Virus record (IMG/VR): IMGVR_UViG_3300044613_001897
Direction: 5' to 3' (one strand)
Source: a virus
Length of the DNA stretch: 64,000 nucleotides
Below are positions 56,800 through 64,000 of the stretch, piece by piece. The translations under genes and the position numbers were made by a program. The notes beneath the pieces were generated by a model. That model saw only the letters and a list, made by a program, of their open reading frames with translations, was not told the DNA's origin and made no database searches. How positions within the stretch are numbered: position 1 is the stretch's first letter; each line of letters opens with the position of its first letter.

Positions 56800-58110
56800 A
56801 TGGAAAATACAAATAAACCAAATTGCGTAGTTGCAGCGCCTGTAGCCACAGTTTCAGGTTACGGAGCTAGATCAAGAGATTTAGTAAGAGCATTAATTGC
56901 ATTAGACAAATATGATGTAAAAATTATCAGTACTAGATGGGGAGCAACGCCACTTAATGCTTTAATAGCAGGTAAAGATGATGATATCATTTCTAGATTA
57001 ACAGGACCGCTGCAATCTCAACCAGATTTGTTTATACAAGTTACAGTACCTAATGAGTTTCAACCTGTAGGTAAATATAATATCGGAGTGACAGCTGGAA
57101 TAGAAACCACACAATGTTCAGCTGATTGGGTAGAAGGCTGTAATCGCATGAATCTAGTAATTGTACCGTCTAAACATTCTAAAGATGTATTTCTGACTAC
57201 TAAATATGATAAACTAGATAAACAAACTCAACAAAAGGTTGGGGTATTGGAACTAGTTAAAGAGATAGAAGTTTTATTTGAAGGAGTAAATTTAGATGTA
57301 TATAAAAAGACCGATACATTACATAAGACATTATTAGATGAATTTGCTAAAATTAAAAATGATTTCTGCTTCTTATCAGTTGGGCATTGGATGCAAGGAG
57401 ATTTAGGTGAAGATAGAAAGAATATGGGTATGTTAGTGTATACATTCTTAGATACATTTAAGAATACTCAAAATCCTCCTGCATTGGTTCTGAAAACTAG
57501 CGGTGGTACTTTTTCTCATATAGACCGTTTAGAAATATTAAGAAAGATAGACTTTATCAAACAAACTATCAAAGCAACTAGATTGCCAGATGTATATGTA
57601 TTACATGGTGATTTAAGTGATGAAGAAATGAATTCATTATATATGCACCCAAAAGTTAAAGCTCATATATCATTAACTAAAGGTGAAGGATTTGGTAGAC
57701 CATTAGCAGAGGCTAGTGTATCTGGTAAACCTATTATAGCAACCAATTGGTCAGGACACGTTGACTTTCTAGATAAAGATTATAGTATTCTAGTACCAGG
57801 AGCATTAAACAATGTTCATCCTAGTGCAGCATGGGATAATGTTATTCTAAAGGAGTCTAAATGGTTTACTGCTGATTATGGTTACTTTATGGGTGCTATG
57901 AAAGATGTGTATAAAAATTATGACAAATACTTGGAAAAGTCAAGAAAAACTACTAAATTAATAAAAGATAATTTTTCCTGGACTGCTATGAAAGATAAAT
58001 TAGGTGAAATATTAGAAAGAGTTCCTGAGTTTCCTAAGGTACAAGCATTAAAGTTGCCACAACTGAAAAAAATAGAATTACCAAAACTAACTAAGGTAGA
58101 AGACAAATGA
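56800..58110 (+). CDS. GT4-family glycosyltransferase
   Basis: SGYG, VPS, RKN, GEGFGRPLAEA, WSGHVDF. Confidence 0.9.
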   Translation: MENTNKPNCVVAAPVATVSGYGARSRDLVRALIALDKYDVKIISTRWGATPLNALIAGKDDDIISRLTGPLQSQPDLFIQVTVPNEFQPVGKYNIGVTAGIETTQCSADWVEGCNRMNLVIVPSKHSKDVFLTTKYDKLDKQTQQKVGVLELVKEIEVLFEGVNLDVYKKTDTLHKTLLDEFAKIKNDFCFLSVGHWMQGDLGEDRKNMGMLVYTFLDTFKNTQNPPALVLKTSGGTFSHIDRLEILRKIDFIKQTIKATRLPDVYVLHGDLSDEEMNSLYMHPKVKAHISLTKGEGFGRPLAEASVSGKPIIATNWSGHVDFLDKDYSILVPGALNNVHPSAAWDNVILKESKWFTADYGYFMGAMKDVYKNYDKYLEKSRKTTKLIKDNFSWTAMKDKLGEILERVPEFPKVQALKLPQLKKIELPKLTKVEDK

Positions 58111-58721
58111 AAATCTCGTACGCTATATTAACGCATAATGAAGGTAAATGTATTGAAAGATTAATCGATACAATATTACAGTATAAAGATCCTGAAGATG
58201 AGATTGTTGTATTAGATGATTATTCTAATGACCGAGAAACTGTCAGCATACTTACAGAATATAATAGAGCTAATAAAATACAGTTACATTTTAAAAATTT
58301 AGATGGTAATTTTAGTGAACAAAAGAATCATTTAATGAATAAATGTTCAGGTGACTTTATCTTTAATATAGATGCCGATGAATTACCTAAGCCTGAATTG
58401 CTAGTTAACTTAAAAGCTATTCTGGTAGCTAATCCTGAGGTAGATGTTTATGCAATACCTAGAGAGAATACGGTAGAAGGTATTACTTCTGAACATATTG
58501 CTAAATGGAAATGGAGAATAAATGAAAAAGGATTTATAAATTTTCCAGATAATCAGCTTCGTTTGATTAAAAATAATGTAGGAATAGAATGGCAAAATAA
58601 AGTTCATGAAGTACCTACAAGATTTAGAAAGATATCTATATTACCAGATGAGTTTGCATTAATTCATTATAAAGAAATATCAAAACAAGAACAACAAAAT
58701 AATTTTTATGACACTATCTGA
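58107..58721 (+). CDS. GT2-family glycosyltransferase
   Basis: ISYAI..HNE, VLDD.S, IDADE, VHE. Confidence 0.9.
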   Translation: MKISYAILTHNEGKCIERLIDTILQYKDPEDEIVVLDDYSNDRETVSILTEYNRANKIQLHFKNLDGNFSEQKNHLMNKCSGDFIFNIDADELPKPELLVNLKAILVANPEVDVYAIPRENTVEGITSEHIAKWKWRINEKGFINFPDNQLRLIKNNVGIEWQNKVHEVPTRFRKISILPDEFALIHYKEISKQEQQNNFYDTI

Positions 58722-59139
58722 AATTAAAGGGATTATAGATAATAATCCTAATGATCAAACGTTAGGCTATGTTCTTAGATCTTTAATTGGATCTGAGAAA
58801 TTGTATGAAGAAAGGCCATGGGGACATTATGAGGTATTGTTAGACACACCTACATATAAAGTTAAAAGATTCGTGGTAAAGTCAGGTAAACGAATTTCAT
58901 ATCAATATCATAATAAACGAAGTGAAAACTGGGTAATAGTTAGTGGTAAAGGTATATTGACATTGAATGCAGAAAACAAAGAGGTATCACCTAATACAAT
59001 AGTACATATCGATAAGAAAGACTATCATAGAATACATAATATCGGAGTTGAAGACTTAGTTGTAATTGAAACACAGTTTGGTGAATATTGTGGTGAAGAT
59101 GATATTGTTAGAATAGATGATGATTTTAATAGACCATGA
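58708..59139 (+). CDS. Cupin, mannose-6-phosphate isomerase type II C-terminal domain
   Basis: RPWG.Y, SYQYH..RSE.W, HRI.N, IETQ.G....EDDIVR..DD. Confidence 0.9.
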   Translation: MTLSEIKGIIDNNPNDQTLGYVLRSLIGSEKLYEERPWGHYEVLLDTPTYKVKRFVVKSGKRISYQYHNKRSENWVIVSGKGILTLNAENKEVSPNTIVHIDKKDYHRIHNIGVEDLVVIETQFGEYCGEDDIVRIDDDFNRP

Positions 59140-59990
59140 GCAATATTACTACTTGTATAGGCACATATAATTCGTTACCTTTTTTAAAGTTAACAATTGA
59201 TTCTATCAGAAAGAATGAACATTTTAAAAGTCCTCTGATAGTATTTGCCGATGGCTGCACCGACGGTACTAATGAATGGTTACTGGAAAATAAGGATAAA
59301 TATAGTTTAACGACTATCATTGAAGATAGATGTGAAAATTCTAGTAACGGTTACGGAATGAATAGATGTGCTCAGGAAGTAGATACAGAATACATAAACT
59401 TTATTCATGCCGATATGTATTGTGGAAAAGATTTTGATTTAGCGTTATATAATCGAATAACATCATATTCAGATATAGATAAAGTTATAGTTTCTAGTTA
59501 TAGAATACAACCAAATGTATTTCATAATGGTAATGAACCTGATAGGCCGGGTACTGTAATGGTAGATCCTAAATTATGCGGTGATATGCCTGATACCTTT
59601 GATAAGAAATTGTTTGACTCAATAGCTAAGCAATTTACGACAGAATATGCAAACTTTTCAGTACCGAAAGCAGAGGGTTGCAGTTTTATTATTCGTAAAA
59701 GAGATTGGGACTTTATAGGAGGAAATGATTTAAGATTTAAACCTAATGGATTTGATGATATGGACTTATTCTTACGAATGCGTAATAAAGGTTTTAAGTA
59801 TGAAACGATAGGCGCAAGCTTAGTATTTCATTTTGCTGGTAGAGGTGGTAACGGATTCTTCGGAAAAGGCTTAGATGGTAGAAACGATTCTAATATGCTA
59901 GGTGAGCAAAACTCTGGTAGAGCTTTTTACGATAAGTGGGGCGGTATGCCACAATTTGATGATTATGGAATGATATATAAAACAAACTAG
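59136..59990 (+). CDS. GT2-family glycosyltransferase
   Basis: YN, DGCTDGT, HADM, GG.D..F, DDMDL..R, FH. Confidence 0.85.
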   Translation: MSNITTCIGTYNSLPFLKLTIDSIRKNEHFKSPLIVFADGCTDGTNEWLLENKDKYSLTTIIEDRCENSSNGYGMNRCAQEVDTEYINFIHADMYCGKDFDLALYNRITSYSDIDKVIVSSYRIQPNVFHNGNEPDRPGTVMVDPKLCGDMPDTFDKKLFDSIAKQFTTEYANFSVPKAEGCSFIIRKRDWDFIGGNDLRFKPNGFDDMDLFLRMRNKGFKYETIGASLVFHFAGRGGNGFFGKGLDGRNDSNMLGEQNSGRAFYDKWGGMPQFDDYGMIYKTN

Positions 59991-59993
59991 TAT

Positions 59994-61172
59994 ATGAAAC
60001 AGATAGATTTATTCAAAGTATTTATGTCGAATACGGCAGCAACGGAAGTAGCAAAGGTGTTAAACAGTGGCTATATCGGACAAGGCCCTAAGGTAGAAGA
60101 ATTTGAAACGGCACTAAAACAGCATTTTAATCACGACTATGTCGTAACACTAAACTCAGGTACATCAGCCCTACACTTAGCCCTCCACCTATTAAAAAAA
60201 CCAGGAGTACATAAGAAAGGCTTTGAATTTGGTTACTACGAAGAACATTGGCCTGGTATCGAACTTGGTGACGAAGTATTAGCTACGGCATTAACCTGTA
60301 CAGCATCTAATTGGCCTATTCTAGCTAATGGGTTAAAGATAAAGTGGGTAGATATAGATCCAACAACGCTTAATATGGACCTAGATGATCTGGCAAGAAA
60401 GATATCTCCTAAAACCAAAGCTATTATATTAGTGCATTGGGGAGGATATCCAAACGACTTGGATAAGATAAAACAGATTCAAGAGAATGCAGCAAGGATG
60501 TATGGGTTTAAACCAGCTGTGATTGAGGATGGTGCTCACTCATTGGGGTCTAGCTACAAAGGAAACCCTATTGGAACGCACGGCAATATAACGATGTATT
60601 CTTTGCAGGCTATTAAACATATTAATGCTATTGATGGCGGACTATTACTACTTCCTCATAACGAACTTTATAAGAGAAGTAAATTACTAAGGTGGTACGG
60701 AATTGATAGAGAGGGTAATAGAAAAGATTTTAGATGCGAAGCAGATATTGCAGAATGGGGGTTTAAGTTTCATATGAATGATGTATGCGCTACTGTAGGT
60801 ATGGAAAATATGAAACATTTCGATAAAATTGTATCTAGACATAAAGAGAATGCAGCTTACTATGATAAAGAGCTAAAAGATGTTAACGGAGTAACATTAC
60901 TTCAACGTCATAAAGGACATGACTCCGCATTTTGGATCTATAGTATGCTTGTAGATAACAGAGATGGATTTTATAAACATATGAAGGATTGCGGTATAAT
61001 TGTATCGCAGGTGCATGAACGAAATGATAAACATACTTGCGTACAGGAGTATAAATCGCAACTACCAGCATTAGATGCCACAATTAATAGAGTAGTTTCG
61101 ATACCTGTTGGATGGTGGGTGACAGATGAAGAACGCCAATATATTGTAGATTGTATTAAAAGGGGTTGGTAA
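59994..61172 (+). CDS. DegT/DnrJ/EryC1 PLP-dependent sugar aminotransferase
   Basis: G.KV.EFE, NSGTSALHLAL, VHWGG, IEDGAH, SLQAIK, DGG. Confidence 0.93.
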   Translation: MKQIDLFKVFMSNTAATEVAKVLNSGYIGQGPKVEEFETALKQHFNHDYVVTLNSGTSALHLALHLLKKPGVHKKGFEFGYYEEHWPGIELGDEVLATALTCTASNWPILANGLKIKWVDIDPTTLNMDLDDLARKISPKTKAIILVHWGGYPNDLDKIKQIQENAARMYGFKPAVIEDGAHSLGSSYKGNPIGTHGNITMYSLQAIKHINAIDGGLLLLPHNELYKRSKLLRWYGIDREGNRKDFRCEADIAEWGFKFHMNDVCATVGMENMKHFDKIVSRHKENAAYYDKELKDVNGVTLLQRHKGHDSAFWIYSMLVDNRDGFYKHMKDCGIIVSQVHERNDKHTCVQEYKSQLPALDATINRVVSIPVGWWVTDEERQYIVDCIKRGW

Positions 61173-61900
61173 TGAAATCAGCAAAAATCATATCAGTCTA
61201 TATCGGACCTAGGCGAACTATGAATAACAATTTATTGAACAATGAAGAATGTGTTGAATTTTTAAAATTACAAATTGAAAATGAACGAAGCATTGATCCG
61301 GGTGTTCCAATGGATGTTATAATCGTTAATAATGATACTAACGATTTAAATGCAAATAAATTTATAGATTCTTTACAAGATCAAGAAATTTTCAATGGCA
61401 AAATACGAGTTTTACATCGTCCTAATGTAGGAGGTAGTTTTGGTGCATTTTCATATGGATATGATGTATTTTCTGATGAATATGATTTTTTTCTATTCAA
61501 TGAAGATGATATTATGATTACGCAACCACTTTATTTTAAACGAGCCATTGACGTCTTGAAAGAAGATGAGTCTATAGGATATGTTGCATTTTCTCCGATA
61601 TCATATCACGAACCATATCATTGCGGAGGAGCATTTGGCGTTACATCAAAACGAATATTAAAACAAATTTGCGAAGAATATAACGCATTACCTTATTATT
61701 CAGATAATAGTTATTATGCATTTGAGCAATCAGAAATATTATTTACTAATAGTATACATAAACTAGGATATAAATTAGTTAACATTCCAGAATATTCTAC
61801 GTTAGCTTTAAATTTTGAAAAACATACATCTCAAAATAAACCACAATATGTTACTAGTGAAAATTTACAAAAACAATTCATTTATAAAGTAGGATTTTAA
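61172..61900 (+). CDS. GT-A-fold glycosyltransferase-like protein
   Basis: R.NVGGSFGA, FLFNEDD; ATG overlaps upstream stop (TAATG). Confidence 0.6.
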   Translation: MKSAKIISVYIGPRRTMNNNLLNNEECVEFLKLQIENERSIDPGVPMDVIIVNNDTNDLNANKFIDSLQDQEIFNGKIRVLHRPNVGGSFGAFSYGYDVFSDEYDFFLFNEDDIMITQPLYFKRAIDVLKEDESIGYVAFSPISYHEPYHCGGAFGVTSKRILKQICEEYNALPYYSDNSYYAFEQSEILFTNSIHKLGYKLVNIPEYSTLALNFEKHTSQNKPQYVTSENLQKQFIYKVGF

Positions 61901-61985
61901 TGTTTTATCAAAATAAATATACTCAGATTTGCGAATTTATCGCCCAAGGCAATTATAAACATCAAATAATAAAGGTATCAAAATT

Positions 61986-62549
61986 ATGATAGGTTGGAAT
62001 GAAGAAATCAAAAAAGAATTAGGATCATGCGGAGAAAATGTATTCATTGGACATAATGTAATTTTTACTAATCCAAAAAATGTACATTTAGGCGACAATG
62101 TAAGAATTGATCCATTTAGTTTAATAACCACCGCGTTACATGTAGGAAACAATGTACAAATTTGTTCGCATACAGTTTTAGGTGGCGGAAGTAAACATAC
62201 CATTACAGTTGGCGATTGGTGTTTTATAGGATATGGTTCAAAATTATTTTGTGCATCAGAAGATTATAGTGGTGACCATGGTCCAGTTAATGAATTTTGG
62301 GGAGATAATAAAATATTTCGAGGAGATATAACATTTTCTAATTATTCGGGTATTGCTTCAGATGTAATGGTTATGCCTGGCGTTACAATTCCAGAAGGCT
62401 GCACGGTAGGAGCCAAAAGTTTTGTATATACTAGAAATGAATTGACACCGTGGGCTGTATTTATTGGAACTCCTCCAACTTTACATAAAACTAGAAATAA
62501 AGAAAATGTTATAAAATTATCTAAGGATCCTAATTTTTTAAAGAAGTAA
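61986..62549 (+). CDS. Hexapeptide-repeat acyltransferase
   Basis: GENVFIG, LGDNVRI, VGNNVQI, VMPGVTI, VGAKS.V, G.P. Confidence 0.9.
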   Translation: MIGWNEEIKKELGSCGENVFIGHNVIFTNPKNVHLGDNVRIDPFSLITTALHVGNNVQICSHTVLGGGSKHTITVGDWCFIGYGSKLFCASEDYSGDHGPVNEFWGDNKIFRGDITFSNYSGIASDVMVMPGVTIPEGCTVGAKSFVYTRNELTPWAVFIGTPPTLHKTRNKENVIKLSKDPNFLKK

Positions 62550-62551
62550 TT

Positions 62552-63424
62552 ATGAAAAAATATCAAACAGATATACACGCAACCAATTGGCCATTATGCG
62601 AATCGCCATTTTTTTATGATTTAATCAAACAAATTGATTTGACACAAGAAGAACGCGACTTAATGATACAATTCCATGAAAAAGGATTTGTTGTATTAGA
62701 TTTAGGATTATCCGATGAACAGTTAACTGCAATACGAACTGAAATTGATGATATCAATTCAAATGAATCTACAAAGACTCAAGATGAACGTTATCATTAT
62801 TCTAAAGGAAAACGAATATTCGAAGGTTGGAAACAAAGTAAGCTACTACGAGATTTATCATTAAATAATAAAGTTTTAAATTTTATTAATTTATTATATC
62901 AACGTAAACCCGTTCCTTTTCAGACAATTACATTTAATTACGGAAGTAATCAGCCATTACATAGCGATTTATTACATTTTAGTTCAATGCCGCAACGTTG
63001 GATGACAGCGTGTTGGATAGCATTGGAAGATATGGATGAAAATAATGGAACATTGTCATATGTCCCGGAAAGTCATAAGTTGCCAATATTTGAATTTTAT
63101 GATTTAAAAATCAAAGCGCCAACGTTTGGAGAACAATTTGAATCATATGCTGAATATGAAGAATTTTTACGACAATTAGTTGAGTCAAAAAAATTAAAAA
63201 CAGAAACATTGCAATGTAAACGAGGACACGCGTTAATTTGGGCTTCTAATTTATTACATGGCGGAATTGAAATAAAAGATACATCTAGATCTAGATATAG
63301 TCACGTGACACATTATTATTTTGAAGGATGTGATAAATATTATAGTCCATTATTTTCCGAATCATGGAAAGGCGAATTTTCAGAAAAAGATTTAACAAAT
63401 AAAAATTTTTATGATTATGAATAA
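62552..63424 (+). CDS. PhyH-like 2OG-Fe(II) dioxygenase
   Basis: QPLHSD, WIALED...NG.L.Y.P.SH, LLHGG, R.S. Confidence 0.88.
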   Translation: MKKYQTDIHATNWPLCESPFFYDLIKQIDLTQEERDLMIQFHEKGFVVLDLGLSDEQLTAIRTEIDDINSNESTKTQDERYHYSKGKRIFEGWKQSKLLRDLSLNNKVLNFINLLYQRKPVPFQTITFNYGSNQPLHSDLLHFSSMPQRWMTACWIALEDMDENNGTLSYVPESHKLPIFEFYDLKIKAPTFGEQFESYAEYEEFLRQLVESKKLKTETLQCKRGHALIWASNLLHGGIEIKDTSRSRYSHVTHYYFEGCDKYYSPLFSESWKGEFSEKDLTNKNFYDYE

Positions 63425-64000
63425 TATAGTTATTTTTGGTGGAACAAGCGGATTAGCTAAAAAGGTAATTCCTAATTTAAACGGATCAGTTACAGCATTA
63501 TCATCTAAACAATGTGATGTAAGAAATTATTCCGATATTGAAACTCAATTGAAAGGACATAATGTAGCAATATTCTTTTCAGTAATTAATAAAGACAATT
63601 TAATTTCTAATATCAATCCAGATGAATTAAATCAACAAATTGATGTAAATGTTAAAGGTTATGTTAATTTACTAACAGCAGCAGGAAATGTTTGGAAAGA
63701 AACTGGAGGATCAATTGTATATATTTCTTCAATATTAAGTTCTACACCAATTAAAGGAACATCAATTTATTCGTCATGTAAATCATTTGGCGATACAATG
63801 ACTAAAGTTTTTGCATTAGAAGGTGCTAAGTATAAAATACGATGTAATTCTATACAATTAGGGTATTTTGATGGCGGATTAACATATCAAGTACCAGAAA
63901 AAGTATTAGAATCAGTTAAAAATACAATTCCTGTTAAACGATTAGGAGAATGTAGCGAATTAGCAGATTTAATTAATATGATTTCAAATAATGATTATTT
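63417..64000 (+). CDS. Short-chain dehydrogenase/reductase, 3'-truncated (absent from ORF track)
   Basis: MNNIVIFGGTSGLA, CDV, ISS, YSSCK catalytic motif; open to the window end. Confidence 0.85.
   Translation, partial: MNNIVIFGGTSGLAKKVIPNLNGSVTALSSKQCDVRNYSDIETQLKGHNVAIFFSVINKDNLISNINPDELNQQIDVNVKGYVNLLTAAGNVWKETGGSIVYISSILSSTPIKGTSIYSSCKSFGDTMTKVFALEGAKYKIRCNSIQLGYFDGGLTYQVPEKVLESVKNTIPVKRLGECSELADLINMISNNDY

Noticed and set aside
61900-61989. 29-codon ORF bridging two glycan genes
   Set aside because: Too short and no motif; may be a remnant or coupling peptide but cannot be supported
2898-62578. Minus-strand ORFs in the six-frame track
   Set aside because: All lie antisense to well-supported + strand genes or span short gaps, have no recognisable motifs, and read as codon shadows
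1-64000. tRNA, rRNA or riboswitch genes
   Set aside because: Intergenic gaps are short and AT-rich, and no cloverleaf or known aptamer was recognised by eye; tRNAscan/Infernal were not run

Overview
A 64-kb segment of a large, AT-rich, T4-like myovirus genome. All credible genes are on the + strand and use the standard code. A Bacteroidetes host is inferred from TTTG-N18-20-TAnnTT(T)A promoters and A-rich leaders without Shine-Dalgarno sites. Layout: tail fibre/adhesin genes, tail sheath, tube, chaperone, tape measure and baseplate (1-23.2 kb); replication/recombination (PolA-like, SSB, RecA/UvsX, 5'-3' exonuclease, helicase, class II RNR, dUTPase; 23.3-33.6 kb); a 7-deazaguanine DNA-modification region (queD, queE, dpdA-like, folE, dpdL-like, no queC in the window) mixed with two oxidoreductases, a GTDC1/QTMAN-like glycosyltransferase and a degenerate paralogue of it (36.4-50.1 kb); a PolB split by a GIY-YIG endonuclease; clamp, clamp loader, dNMP kinase and a nuclease; and a sugar-modification island running off the end (55.4-64 kb). 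Best leads: (1) a possible new sugar-linked deazaguanine hypermodification pathway; (2) at least 10 unrelated genes sharing an N-terminal MKKSELRQIIKEE..LxE or MIKLxxLxxE leader, most directly behind a late-promoter motif, suggesting a modular capsid-cargo system; (3) an unannotated +1/-2 frameshift in the tail chaperone; (4) an intron-less split PolB with a flanking direct repeat; (5) a gene enclosed by a perfect 16-bp inverted repeat. All family calls come from motif recognition by eye; no database searches were run.
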